Assembly: GCF_009914755.1 (NCBI RefSeq)
Contig: NC_060929.1
Strand: one strand, 5' to 3'
DNA length: 64,000 nucleotides
Source of the DNA: the human T2T-CHM13v2.0 reference genome, Homo sapiens
In this document: positions 1-16,946 of the stretch, one piece after another
Layout: each line of letters starts with the position of its first letter
Numbering within the stretch: position 1 is the stretch's first letter
Program-made: the position numbers and the translations under genes
Notes under the pieces: generated by a model
What the model saw: the letters and a program-made list of their open reading frames with translations, nothing else
Databases searched by the model: none
Told to the model about the DNA's origin: nothing

Positions 1-448
1 GAAGTTCTCTAAAATACTTGCATATATGCAAAATGATGCATGTACAGGGTCATTAGCTATAATGCTGAAATAGCAAAAGCTTGGAAACATTACTGCCTCA
101 GTAGGAGACAGGTTAAGTAATTTGAGACATCCTTACAATAGAATTCTGAAGCAGCTGAAAAAGAACAAGGAAGCAATCACCAAGAAATACTAGGAAAAGG
201 AAGAGCTCATATGTTATTCCACAATTTGCATAGAATATGGTGTATTTGCTGAAATGTGCACTATCTGGAAAGAGACACAGGAAACTAGCAACATTGCTGG
301 CCTCCGTGAGGAAACTGGGCGGCCAGGGACTGGGATGAGAAAGAGATTTTCAAAATGCTTACCCTTTTGTACCTTTAAACTTTTGCACTGTGAGACTGTA
401 TTAGTTTTTTAAAGAAATAAAATTTAAAATTAAGAAATAAAATGTTAA

Positions 449-816
<368 letters not shown>

Positions 817-1549
817 CTAAGACTATTAGACTATTGCCCAATCTAGCATAAGACAATATGTCCTTCTTATTTGAGTGCTCGCATTCACTCCATAATAAGA
901 TAGATTTGGAATAAACTCTATTCCAAACACAGATACCTAAGAGATCCAAAGTTAATTCACTTTCAGGGACCTCCGACAAGATACAGCTAGTTTTAAGAGA
1001 AAACACCAGGACTAGCAGAGATCTGAGGAAAATATTCATCTTGCTCAAGTTAACCTAGAAAATGACAGGCTGTCTATTTTGTGCAATTTATTTATTTCTC
1101 AACTTTAAGGTTCAGAAATCTCTGTCCTGTAACAAGGTATCTGTTACCGGAGTCTGATTATTCTGCACTGTGTAGGTCATGTTTGTTATGAGGACACTTA
1201 GCAAACAAAGAAGGTTTTTCTCCGCCCTCAATAGCGTGGTAACGGATGACAGGACACCACTTTCAACGAAGGAGACAGACATTTCCCTGGCCTTTCTGAA
1301 GAGCGCTTTTTGGAGAGACAAACCTGTTGCTCAGGGGCTGAGCATTCCCGTGTGTTCTCCCTGTACTTCACCTAAAAATATGCCTGTTTTCCACACTGTG
1401 CACACCCGGGGGTGGGTGCTGGGCATACTCCACCTGCTTGTTTGCCTCCCGTTTTCTCATCAGGGAGTAAACACAGTAAACCTAACGTTCCAGGGGAAGG
1501 AAAAAACAAATCATTCAGGGCCCATCTCAGGTGACTGATGAATGCGGCA

Positions 1550-2830
1550 CCGTTTTGAACGGGTACCTAATCTGGTCCAGATATGCCTGCTGGGGCCGCA
1601 AGAACCAAGACACGTTCAAGCACGTTTGCTCCGGCAAGCTTGGGCGAGCAGGTCAAGACCTCAGAGTTTTAGAAAGCAGGGGCGAAGTTTTCAAGCACGA
1701 TGGGAACACCTGTAGGTGCAGGTGCCTGAGGGTCGGCCGACCACCTCGCATCTGAGGCTGGATCCGCACACGGAGAACGACAACTGCTCACAGGGACGTG
1801 CGTCCGGAGGAAAGTTGCGGTGAGTGTCTACCTGTTCGAGACAGGTGGCCGAGAAAGTGGGGCAGGGCTGACAATTCTTCCTCCGCAGTGTCCCGCGGGC
1901 TCCCCCTGCACTGGGTCCCCGGGGCCCCGGGCGCCCCAAGGTCACCTGCCCTCCTCAGCGCCCCCACCTTGCCCAAGCTCTCACCAGAACAGCAGGTTGG
2001 CAGCGACGAAGCCGAGCAGGCTCCGCAGCGGCCTCTTCCAGCTCAGCAGCTCGTCGGCGCGGCAGCCCAGCCACAGCACCGGCTCCCCGAGCAGCCAGGT
2101 TACCGCGGCCGCCGCCCGGCCCGCGGCCTCCTCCACCTGCAACCCCGCGCCCTCCGCCGCCCCAGCTTCCTGCGCTTCCTCCTCCTGCTGCTGCCGCTCT
2201 GCGGGGGATGCCTGGGGCGGTGGCGGCGACGGCGGCGCCTGCTCCTCGGCGGCAGGAGCCGGGCATCCCTCCTCGGCGTGCTCCGGAGGCGCCGGGCTCG
2301 CCATCTTCAGCTGTGCTTCCAGGCAGGGACGGGGCCGGGCGCGCGCGCGGGCGCGCCTGGGTGTGGGTGCCGCCGAGGGCGGGGCGGCGGTGGCGGCAGG
2401 TCCCGGAGCGGGGCGCGCACCGCGGGGCACAGGCGGCTGGGGGCCTTGTGACGCCACAGGCCACGGAGGGGGAGCCGCCCGGGAAAGTGGGTGCGGCCGA
2501 GTTCGCGCAGGGGCGGGGCCGGGCGCCGGGAGCTGGGCGGTGTCCCCGGGGGGCTCTGGGTTCCTGGAGGGCCTCTCCGGGACTCGAGGAAAACGACCTT
2601 TTCCCTTGCAGCGGCGGGAGAGGGCGAAGTGGAGGACTGCTGCTCGGTTCCGTATCCAAAAGAGACCCAAGGCTCCAGGCAAAATAGATTGGACATTTTC
2701 ACTTTCTCAAGCCAGGGCCACCGGTCGCCCAACCAGCAGCCACTGAGGGTGGTATCGGGGCGCCCCTTCCCCTGGCAGCGTATTTCAGCCCCCAGAGACA
2801 TCCCCCACCTCGGCCATCCCCAGCGCCTTT
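1550..2830. promoter_or_regulatory. CpG island / RETREG1 promoter with GC boxes
   Basis: Very high GC and CpG density around the first coding exon; GGGCGG boxes at ~2377-2386 and ~2511-2520; CG-alternating run at ~2339-2357; edges approximate. Confidence 0.9.
1985..2304 (-). CDS. RETREG1: Reticulophagy regulator 1 (FAM134B), first coding exon (320 nt)
   Basis: Translation [22 protein letters not shown]...[21 protein letters not shown](W) matches the FAM134B N-terminus and start of the reticulon-homology domain; ATG in aagATGG context; GT donor (gtgaga) directly after 1985. Confidence 0.97.
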
Positions 2831-2994
2831 GCAGGGACAGCAGCACAACCATAGCAGAGGTCCTGGGCATCCTGGAAATAACGTGCTGGTATAAATGTTG
2901 GATTGAGAAAGGAAGAAAAAACATTTGGGGTCAATTTGGGGCCCTCTCGTTTGACACGGGAGGAAACACAAGGCCGCAGCGTTGGGGGAAGCTG

Positions 2995-3143
2995 CTTCCT
3001 TTCTCTCTCTTCTTTCTCTCTGTCTCAGGTGCTTCCTTTCTCTTCTCTGTCTCTCTCTCTCTCTCTGCCTCTCCCTCTCTCTCCCCCGTCTCTCCCCCTA
3101 TCTTCCCCTCTCTCCTCCTATCTCCCACTCTCTCCCCCTCCTT
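2995..3143. repeat. (CT)n-rich polypyrimidine low-complexity tract
   Basis: ~150 bp almost entirely C/T on the + strand. Confidence 0.9.
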
Positions 3144-5537
3144 GTGGCTAGGTGATCTGGCTCAGAAGTGCACGTTGGCCCGCGCGTGCGGGGAGCTGAG
3201 AAGCAAGAGATTGGAACTTTGCACGTGTCAAGCAAGGTTTGGCCTGCTTTGAAGACAGTAATTTCAGAGCCACTCCGGTCTCTGCGTCACAAGCGGGCAT
3301 CAGGGCAGTGGTGGGGCGGCAGGGGATCCTGAGACCTCCCATGCCCTCTCTTTGGCCCCGGTGCTTCTGGGTGAGTGTGGGGAGAGAGGAAAATAGTTGT
3401 TTATGCTTTTCACCATTTGCATTTTTAAATTTTTGTCTTCTTTAATCTTCCTGGTCTTACTTTTACTCTAGAATGACAGGTCCTTCCCCCCCATACTAAG
3501 GGTTCTGTCTGCGGATGCATCAGGGCATCTCATATCCCTTTACTGGCAACCAGCCTGCCTGCACAGGATGGAAGGGAGGGCAATTAAATTCCCTGCGTCA
3601 AGGGAGTCTCTAGGGGAATGTTCTGTAACGCTCCTCTGGGTGGCCATTGTAAACCTCTGTGTATACACACGTGGAATCCATTGATCTGTACATTCACTGC
3701 AGGTGTCTGCACTTTACTGCTTGTATGTTGTACTTCAAAGGAGTTATATTCCCAGAGCCCAGGCAAAGGCTTACTGAGCACCTACCGAGTACACAAAGCA
3801 TTGCTAAGCTCTGTGGATGCAGCTTCCACCCACAGGAAGCTCCCAGTCTGATGAGGGCCCAGTTACAATTGTGATATCTGCCACAGCGAAGAAGCCTTCG
3901 CTAAGTGCTAAGAGATTCCTTACTTAAACTGTGCATCCAAAATTAGGGGAGGAGTGGAGGGATCAGGTTTCAAGAGCGTTTTGTAATAAATGGCCTCTGC
4001 CCTAAATTGTAGGGCCCCCATTAGTGTGGGGATTGGGGACAGGGGCAATAACTGCTGTTGGGAATTCAACAGGAGAGGAGGCATGGGGTTGCAGGTGGAG
4101 ACGCACAGTTCCTTAAGTAACTCACCAAAGGGAATAGTGGACAGTGAATGGTCTCTAGTAACAGGAGGCTTGGTTTTTAACTAAAGGTGATACAGAACAT
4201 CTGGCATTTCCGACTCCCCTTCTTAGGAGTATCCTGACAACCCGATGGAAAGTGGCCTGGGTGTCAAGGAAAAAGCAACGTGGAAACAATTCAGGTTTCT
4301 TCCATATAAGAGAGACAATCTTTTCCCAGGTGTGGGTCCTCCCTCTTGGCAGTAGCGGAGAAGTTTTTGAAAGATAAATGATGCTTTTATTGTGTCATTT
4401 GGCCTTTGTTTGGCGCTTGATACAGCCCAGGGTTTGCTATTCTAAAATCTGTCACTAGACAGATGTGTGCTGCAGCCAGTGTGGAGAACATGGGGCAGGA
4501 GAGAGGAAGAACCAGGTGTCCCCGTTCCCCAGACCAGTGCTGATGTGCTACCAGAAATGGGTTTGCAAGATTAATCACCTTCCTCCTGCTTCCCTTGAAT
4601 TCTAATTATTGTTGTCAGGATCTGTTGAAGTAGTAAAAGCTGCTGGCAACCAAGACACATAAAAGCTAAGCTCCAGTTGCTGTGTGTGGTTTCCAACACT
4701 TATTTATTATCTCTGTTTAATAATAAACCTCCTTCCCCACAGCTATGTGTTGTAAAGTCTATCCTTTCTCTCTCTCTCAAAATTACTATGGAGAAAATGC
4801 TATGCAACCTGTTTTGCATAAAAGGCTGGGCTAATTAACCTTTCCTTTTCACCTCCGACCTCTAATACTTACAAACTGTATGACAGAAGTAGACACTGGC
4901 ATAGACATACAAATGGTGCTGCTGGGTGGGATTTTGTTGTTGTTTTGTTGTTTGTCTAATGATCTTTGTGATGCTTGAGTAATTTATTCAGGGCTAAGAT
5001 TACAGAAACATAATGCTAACAATGGTTGAAATCAACCTTGTCCCCTAGTTTTAAGAACACGCCACATTCTTGAACTCCTGCAAGTAATCTTACTAAGATT
5101 CTCTTCTGAAATTTTATTGCTATATATTAGGAACAGAGTGATTAACACTAGTGAGCTAGATGATTTGACAATATATATCTGAGAAAAGGAAACTGGAAAC
5201 GTGTCTGAGAAAAAAAAAAGTTCTAGCTACTGAATGAGAGTTTAGAAAATGAGACAGCTCCAGTAAAGAAAGTCCAAATGCACATAAGAACTCTCTAACA
5301 GAGGCCACTCACTTTTCTCATCTAAGAGTATGTGGAAAGCTTGTAATAGGAGAGGAAAAATTATGAATAATTAATTCCCACTATAGGAAGTCTCCTAGGG
5401 CAAAATCAAGCTAAGACTTAGAATGATGGGGAAAAGCCCCCTAGTCATAATATTTTGGGGAAATTTCTTTTCTCTACAATATTATATATTAGAATCTTAC
5501 AGTAGCTCCATGATTCCTTAAACAAAAGGAGGCTCGT

Positions 5538-5891
5538 TGATATGGTTTGGCTCTGTGTCCCCACCCACATCTCACCTTGAATTGTAATAATCCCCACGTG
5601 TCAAGGGTGGGACCAGGTGTAGGTAATTGAATCATGGGTGCGGTTTCCCCCATGCTGTTCTCGTGATATTGAGTGCTTGCAAGATCTGATGGCTTTATAA
5701 GGGGGCTTCTCCCTTCACTCAGCACTCATTCTCTCTCCTGCCACCCTGTGAAGAGATGCCTTCCGCCGTGATTGTAAGTTTCCTGAGACCTTCCCAGCCA
5801 TGCGGAACTGTGAGTCAATTAAACCTCTTTTCTTTATAAATTACCCACTCTCAAGTGTTTCCTCATAGCAGCATGAGAATGAACTAATACA
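5538..5891 (+). mobile_element. THE1-family (THE1C/D-like) MaLR solo LTR
   Basis: Starts tgatatggtttggctctgtgtcccc, ends gaactaataca; 5-bp TSD ctcgt/cttgt. Confidence 0.9.
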
Positions 5892-7989
5892 CTTGTGTAT
5901 ATGTTGTATCGTTTATTAGCCTGCAGATAGAATTTTTTTTGTGTTGGTACTTTTATTAAACTAATTCTACCCTCCTCCCCTTGCTATATCCTCTGCTCCT
6001 TATTCCTAAGTTTCCATAATTTTCTTCTCACTAAGAAAACCTGGATAGTTCACTCTAAGCACAGATAAATAAGAGTATCATACAGCATCAGCAGGCACAG
6101 AGCAATTGGAAAGGAAGGAAGATCATCTCCCGGGTCTCTAACCTGGCTTCCAAGGCCCAGCCCAGTGCCTGGCTCACAGAAGGAATTCACTATTTCTACT
6201 TATGTTGAATGTCTGTTGTGCATATACAGACGGAAATATTCAAACTAGCATAGTCTGTGTTTGACAAGCATTCCATAAGGGATGTGCTTACCAGAAAGAT
6301 GGTGGCCAAGATGTTGGCCACCCAGATATCAGTTGGGGTATTGCTCCCTAATACCTAAAAGAAGTTTTTTTTTTAAGGCTTCAAAATGGTTAACTGAAAA
6401 GAACGGAGGTCACATGACAACATGAGTATATCCCCCAAGGAAGCCTACCTGTCTATCCCCAGGTACACACACAAACACACGCACACCTATGATCCACAGG
6501 GGTGACTGCAGGACATTAACTTCCAACCCCTTCCCAACAGGAATCTGAACCAGCAGACAAAGCACTGTCGGGTCCTTGCTGCAACCTCTTCCCCCCACCC
6601 CCTTTGATGGTCCTGGTTCTGCATCATTGTACTTGCGTATCATTCACTCATTATTTCATTGCTTCATTCACTAGTCATCAGCCATTCCTGAAAGACTGAC
6701 TGTGGGCTTCTGGTAAGATGAACAGGACTGCTTATTTCTCTCATGGTGCTTAGAGTATAGACAATGGATAAAGACCCTGAAGAAGGCGCCGGGCAAAGGG
6801 AATGGGGAAGCATGGTGTGCACAGTCTGGAAGCAGGAGAGGAGCCAGCCTGGCCCTGGTTGGAAACCTGGAGGAGATCTAAGCTGGAGGATGGGGTGGGA
6901 GGAGCAGGAGGCTACTCACAGTGGGGCTCCTCCTGTATGATGCTAGAAGCCTCTGCTTTGTCCTGAGAGCAACAGGGAGCCATGGGTGGGCTTGCAGCAG
7001 GACACAGAGGGGCTAGCCTGTGTTTTAGAAAGGTATCTCCAGACCATGGAGGATATAAAGCCTGGCAGAGGGAAGGCACTCTCAGAGACTTTTCCCTTGT
7101 CATTCTCTAGAATGAGGGAGGAGAAGGAGCCAGTCTGGAAGGGAGGCTGACAAGTTTCATTTTTAAAAATTGATCTGCACTTGGATATCTCTGGAGATGC
7201 CAGTAAGGTTGTTGGGTACAGAGGTCTGCAGCTCAGAGACCAGCAGGCATCCTGAACAAGACAGATCCAGGCAGACGGAATGGCCTGTAGGAGAACTTGG
7301 CAGAGGGCACAACCAAGAAGAGTTCAAAGGCGCTGGCCAGTTCCATGCGACTGCATGGGGTCATGGTATGTGATAAGACTTTTGAATAAATAGATCAAAT
7401 AAAAGTTTTAAGTATCAGCGACAGAATTTTAGAAAAAAACTTTGAGCAGTAGAGATTTCCTAGAGTTTGTGGGTTTCTGTGTTGTTATTGTTTGTTTTTA
7501 CCAAGGAAGTGATAGAATCAAAGCAGTAGTGTCCTGAGGTCCTGGAAACTCCAGCCTGACTTCCATCCTTGAAGCAAAACTGTGTTGTGATTCTCTCTAA
7601 ATTCAGGTCTCCAAATCAGGCCTCCAGTCTCAAGGGGGTATCTTCCATGCTAAAAATAGATGAGTGGAATGCAATGGAATAGCAATGAAAGTGACATCCC
7701 ACAACCCTTCCAAGTGTATATTTGGCTTGTCACCTGTTACTAATTTTAGTTCATTAGAAATCAGGCACAAAATCTGGCGATGCTTGAGGCTTTGAAAATG
7801 GCTGCAGGCCCTGCAGTCAGACCATGTCACGGGTGCACTCTTCGGTTATGCATACATGCTGCAGTCGGGTGTTTGCTTATGGGGAACCCATAAGCACTGT
7901 GAAACCCAAATGTCTCCCGAACCATCCAAGAAATACGGCTCTACTTATTATAGTTCACAGTTCAGTATATGTGCTTGTAGGTTAATTCA

Positions 7990-8438
<449 letters not shown>

Positions 8439-8901
8439 AGGAGGCTACTGTTTTGAACTAAGCTCCTGCACTAGGCCCCAGCAGACCAGACCAAAAGTCA
8501 GAATGAAGTCACTCATGCTGAGGTTCCACATTGCCAAGCCAAACCTGAGTTGTTAACCGACCTCCAGAGTAATCCAGAACAATCCGGAGACAGAGAAAGC
8601 CAAATTTCCCAAACAGGCCAGTTTCAATTTGCATGGTAAGAAGTTTCCTCTACTCTCTCCCTTCCAAGAGAAAGTGACCTGATGTTAACCAATCAGTTAT
8701 TTCTCTACTGTTCTGTTCCCCATTTCCACCTTGCAAGGAAAGTAACTTTGAAATGACCAATCTGCTTTTCGGTCTTTGTCCCTGCTTTCTTCAGCTTTCT
8801 CTGGATGAAACCACCCTCCTCTACTCAGCCCGTTGGAACACTTGTTCTGTTCTATCGAATGAAGTTTGCTGGATTCTGGAATTACAAATAAAGTCAATTA
8901 A

Positions 8902-9215
<314 letters not shown>

Positions 9216-9284
9216 GTCAATTATGATCTTAAAACTAAACCTGTGATAAGGTTGTCCTTTGACACTCTGAACTGCTTTTACTCC

Positions 9285-10522
<1,238 letters not shown>

Positions 10523-10529
10523 CTTCCCT

Positions 10530-11140
10530 ATTTTTACTCTCACTCCTGCCCCTCCCCTGCCCTAAACCAAGTACTTTGGTGTCACATGCAGAACTATGCC
10601 ATAAAAGGCCTACGGGGGCTCACTCTGGGTTGCCTGGACAAGGTCCTGGATAGGACAGAAGGCCTTTCTTCTTTCTCCAGGGAGAAGAGATACACTTAAA
10701 CCAGGGTCCCACAGGCTCAATGGGTCTCCTTCCAAAATCAGCTTCCAGTGAGCCCTCAGATTCTCCAAATACTGGGCAGCTGGATTTCCCAGACACCTTC
10801 TGCAATCTGCTGACATCTAATATACCTGTAGACTGTTCTCCTGCTGACAAGGTTGTTCTTGCTCTTATCCTATAAAGAAGAGAGGTGGCAGAGAGTTGGA
10901 GGGGAGGGCCTCCTTCCCTGGCATGTCCATCCGAGGGTCTCCAAGAACATCCTGGCTGTGGCCCACACCTTTCTGTGTGGTTAGGAGGAGTATCGGATGC
11001 CTTCTCTTTCCAACCTTGGCTTGTAAGTTTCCCCCAATAAAGTCTGTTCCTTCACCCATACCATGACGGCTGTTTGATTCCTCACAGCTTCTTTTGGGGA
11101 GGATGGGGGAAAATCACAGAGACTCTTTGTACAAGAGGTG
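10530..11140 (+). mobile_element. Probable old LTR (ERVL-type), family not identified
   Basis: TATA-like tataaa at ~10870 followed by AATAAA at ~11036 in LTR-like spacing. Confidence 0.3.
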
Positions 11141-13305
11141 GCATTTGCAACAGCTCTGTGAACTACAGTAACCCAAAGTCCCCCAAACAAGAAATATTGG
11201 AGCAGTTTTGATTCTGATCTCTCCTTCATTCTCTCATCTGCAGTAACCAGCTGTATATCAAGTTTGCCCAAGACAGTGCTGGTTGATGCCCACCTTCTAG
11301 CATGGTTATTAATAGTGCTTCACTTTCTTTCTCAGAGGTGTCCGAGTTTGGATGAGAAATTATATGGGCTCCGCATTCATCTCCAACCTATCAACAGCTG
11401 CTGATAACTCCTTCTCTGAAGTGTTCTCACCTCACCTAGCCCTTTTTCTCCAGTCTCAAGGCTGCCATCCCTGTTCAAGCTTCAGTGCCTGTCATCCATC
11501 TGAACTGCATCAGCCTCATATCTCCTCTTCCAATCCTCCCTGTACACCTCTCCTTTAAAACAGTGCTTTCAACCTGTAGCATCCACCCCCAAGCGCTTAC
11601 AACGATGCCCAGTTTCCTAGAACTGCTACACCTAAAAGAAATCACCAGCCGCCTTCTAAAGCTGGTTCATCCGACAAATCTCTTTCTAAAAGCTGCATTT
11701 CTCACTGCTCCCAAATGTGAACACTCGGCTATTGTCAAACTAGCTCATCTCTGAGTTCACTCTCCAAGCAAACTTTCACATCCATGCTGTTGCTCATGCT
11801 ATACTATCTTTCCTTGTCTTTTCAACCTTCTGGAAGCCCAGATCTTCTATCTGCAGTTCAGCTTGCTCTTCTTGCATGAACCCTAAATCAAGTGGAAAAA
11901 GCATGGGTTTCTTAGTCATGAGGATCTGAATTTGACCCTAGATCCATCACTACCCACTGTATTTCACTGATTATAAGACATACACATTTTTTTTCACTTT
12001 TAACATACCTGGAAATGGAATGTACTTTAGAATCTTAAGCATCTTAGATTCAACAAAGCATAGTAGCCTGTGACTTTGTGTTATGTGACACAGACTCTCT
12101 GGGTCTCGGTGACCTCGTCTTTAAAACAATTAACATTTAACCCTCGAGACTGCTGTGGGAATTACTTGGAATAACCGCAGTGGGAGACCCAGTGGCAGAA
12201 TATCTCTGTGAGAATTTGTACCCTGAACCCAAGCATTTTATAATGACTTTCTCTTGAGAAGACCTGGGCCACATGGAAAAACTGTTGCAACTGATACCAA
12301 AGTTTGTGTCATCGAATTTCAAAACAATTCTCTGCAGTGTACAAAGCCAGAAAGAGAAACCAGCCTCATTCATGGGTGGTTTAACCACAGCTCTCTGCAG
12401 AGAACTCTGTTCAGAGGAAATAGCTAAAGGGGCCATTTCTCCAGGGGTCATGAGCCAAGTAGCTTTCTGTTGGAAAAATGTTGTTTGATGGACAAAGCTA
12501 CAAAAGCAGCTTTGTCCTTAATTCTTCAGTAAAAAATCTTCTAAAGCTGATTTTATGTTAAAAGTCCACAGGTAGGTTTCTGAAGAATTGGGTCACAGGT
12601 GCATGTTTTAATAACATCCAGTTGGACAATTTCCATCTTCTTTCTCTATAAAAGTCTGCCCACTCCAAGAAGGCACTAGCAGCCAGATGCCTGAGGTACA
12701 ATCAAGCCGACTGGCAAGGGAATCTTTCCTTCCACCTCCCTTTGCCGCTCCAGTGGGTGAGAGTCCCAGCTCCAAACTCAGACCATTGAGGATTGTGTTT
12801 ACCTCTTGCTTTTAATGTGGGTTTTCAGTGAAGGGATCTAGAACATAAGATGGGGGAGGGAGGGCAGGTAGAGAACCCTGTTACTGCTGTAGTGTAGGAT
12901 TTGAATTGGAGCTATCAGTAAGTGGGAGATCATGATCTGATACTCTAGCTGTGTCCCTGGAAAAGCTTAGAATCAATAATGCCCCATAGCAATAAGCTTA
13001 TGTAGGAACCAGGTTTTGGTTTCTGAATACTATTGCCTGCCAAAAAGAACCAGAGCTCCTTAGAGAATTGGCAAATACTAGGTCAGAGTTAGGAACATCT
13101 TGTGTATCAGAAAGCAAAGACGTGTTCACAGACCATTTAAAAGTCCATGTCAAAAAAATACAGAAGTCAGCTTGGAAAGGATCCCACTGACCAAATCTGA
13201 GAAACTTTGAGGATCAAAAAAAAAAAAAAAATCCTGGGAAATGATTGTAATGCATTGCATTTTTAACATTTCACGACTCTATAGTGATTCTCAAAAGACA
13301 GAAAG

Positions 13306-13517
13306 GACCAGTCTGGGCAACATGGCAAAACCCTATCTCTACAAAAAATATAAAAATTAGCTGGGCATGATGGCATGTGCCTATAGTCCCAGCTACTCAG
13401 GAGGCTGAGGTTGGGGGATCACTTGATCCTTGGAGGTCGAGGCTGCAAAGAGCCATGATTTCACCACTGTACTCCAGCTTGGGCGACAGAGTGAAACCCT
13501 GTCTAGAAAAAAAAAAA
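13306..13517 (+). mobile_element. 5'-truncated AluJ
   Basis: End of left arm plus right arm and A tail. Confidence 0.85.
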
Positions 13518-13928
13518 GAACACTTTCTTCTTTATAAAAAATTACAATCTAGCATGTGTAGGCTAAATTTTGGATTTAGGAAAGCACCATTTTGTAACTC
13601 TCAGAGTAATAATTGATTCAAGCAATGATCATCAATGAATAATATCACCCACTGGGAGAAAAGACTGTGGGGGAAAGGCTGCTTACAGAATCTCACAGGT
13701 TACTGCTTAATTACAAAGGCAAAAGCGTGCCTTTGCATTGCCATCTGTCAGCCTTCACCTCATCTGCCTCCCATCATGCATGCCATGACAATTATTGGAG
13801 CAACCTGACCCTGTGAATCCCTGGTCTGATGCCATGGGAGGGACACCCATAACACAATTTGCTGGAAGCATCTGACCTGAATCAAATCCTGGCCAGATGG
13901 TCAGAGCACTCTGGAATGTGGGCTGTTC

Positions 13929-14505
<577 letters not shown>

Positions 14506-14835
14506 AGGATGTTCTACAGGCCTTCAAAGATTTGGAGATCAAGAACAGCAGAGGCAGAGTATGGGGAAAATAGAGACAGAACAGCCAAATCTAGGTGTCA
14601 ACCTTGATTGGATTCTGGGTCAAAAGCTACCAAGGACATTTTGGAGGACAATTAGGAAACTTTGAGTCCAGACTGCATGTTAGATCATTCTGTTGAGTTA
14701 ATGTTGATTCTCTTATCAGGTGTGAAGATGGTGTTATGGTGATGTAAGAGGACGGCTCTATTCTGAGTGATGCAAGATCCAACATTTAGGCATGAAATGC
14801 CATGATGACAGCCGCCTACTTTAGCAAAAGGGAAG

Positions 14836-14837
<2 letters not shown>

Positions 14838-14889
<52 letters not shown>
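14838..14889. repeat. (TG)n microsatellite
   Basis: About 26 perfect TG units. Confidence 0.97.
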
Positions 14890-14892
<3 letters not shown>

Positions 14893-15274
14893 TACGCGTA
14901 TGCATATAAATAGAGGAAGTCGCTGCAGCTAGATGGTGAATCTACGTGAGGAGTATCTGGCTGTTCCTTGTACTGTTCTTTCAACTTTCTGTGGGTTTGA
15001 AAATTTTCAAAACAAGACAAAAAATGTTTTTCAAGCACTGTTTGAGAGGATAGGAAATAGAAATGGCTCTTATTAAAGAGCCATTCAGAAGACTGTTTTC
15101 TTCTATTTCCTTTTCCCCCACGACTATGACCCTCAGTGCCAGCGATTTCTCCTTTCCATAAACTTTTGTTTGACCTTAAATCATTGTGACACCACTGAGC
15201 AGGGAATCTCAATAATGGCTGACATATCTGGTAGCAAAAGGAAATGAAGTATTTTTATTTTCTCAGGGAACTAA

Positions 15275-15635
<361 letters not shown>

Positions 15636-16484
15636 TGAGAGGAATGATATACCAAGATGAACAACAATATGGTCTCTGCCTTCAAGGGGTATAAAATCTA
15701 ACCCATACAAATGGGCTCCCAAGCATTTTTTGAGTGGTTATTATGAGCTAAACAAACACTAGGACTAGGGATCCAATTATTGAACAAGATACAGGGGCCA
15801 TCAAAAAGTTCCTTTTCTTTTGAGAAATACAAATATATTAATTTCAATATATTACATAAGGTTTATGATAAGACCTTTATCATGTTCTAAAAATTATAAC
15901 CAAGAATCTAGCAACAGTTTCTGAACAAAGAGTACCTCTGAGCCATGGCTTGGATTAAAGTTCAGAGTATTTTTCAGACAAAGCAGTAGGCATTGCAGGG
16001 AGATGGAACAGAGCATGCAAAAGCATGAGGGCATGAAATGAGCATGAGGTCTTTGGGGATCAACAACTAGTTAAATATGGCTGGAGGGTGGGTACTTGGG
16101 GCAGTAAGAGAGACAGAGCTCGGAACTGCAGCTTAACTTGGGCTAGTAGATAAAGAGCTTCCATCCTATCCTGAAGAGTTTGAACTGTATCCTGAAGGCA
16201 ATGGGGAGCCAGGAGGAGACTTTGGAGATAAATGATATGATCATCAGGTGCTTATCTTAGATAAGTCTAGTGGTGGAGTGGCAGGAGATTTGGAGGGAGA
16301 TGAGCCAGCAAGACTTGGTTAATAGTTTGTAATAGTGCTGGTGAGAGATGCTGAGCACCTAAACCAAGATGGGAAGTAGAGACAGAGAAAGGGTGGATGC
16401 AAGAGACAGTGTGTAGATTGCAAAAACAGGGCATGGTCACTGAATGAATGCTCGAAAGTGACAGAGAGGGGTCATCATAGATGA

Positions 16485-16531
16485 TGTATTATATTAGGAT
16501 TCTCCAGAGAAACAGAACCAATAGGGTGAGA

Positions 16532-16581
<50 letters not shown>

Positions 16582-16946
16582 ATTGAGAGAGAGAGACAGA
16601 GAGAAAGAGGCTCTCTATTATAAGGAAACTCCATTGTGGGTGTGCTTGAGTCCAAAACCTGCAAAGTAGCTAACAGGCGAGAAATTCTATCAGAAGTTCA
16701 TCTTGCAGTCTTGAGTTCAAAGGCAGTCTGGAGACAGAATTCCTTTTTCTTCAGTGGAGTTTCAGTGTTTTCTCTTAACATCCTCAATTGATTGGCTGAG
16801 GCCCACATATCTTACGGAGGGTAATCTGCTTTCCTCAAAGCTCACCAGTTTGAATGTTAATCATACCTAAAAAATACCTTCACAGCAACATCCAGACAAC
16901 TAGGGACCATAGCCTAGCTAAGGTGATACGTAAAATTAACCGTCAC
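16485..16946. mobile_element. MLT2-family (ERVL) LTR containing a (GT)n(GA)n microsatellite
   Basis: ttctccagagaaacagaaccaatagg...aaaattaaccgtcac hallmarks; microsatellite at ~16530-16605. Confidence 0.8.

Noticed and set aside
2305-2682. In-frame upstream extension of RETREG1 from a TTG
   Set aside because: Non-AUG start that probably lies upstream of the transcription start; openness is explained by GC content
1691-3252. Many overlapping 150-300 aa ORFs on both strands
   Set aside because: Expected stop-codon scarcity in a CpG island; low-complexity R/G/A/P translations; only 1985-2304 (-) matches a real protein
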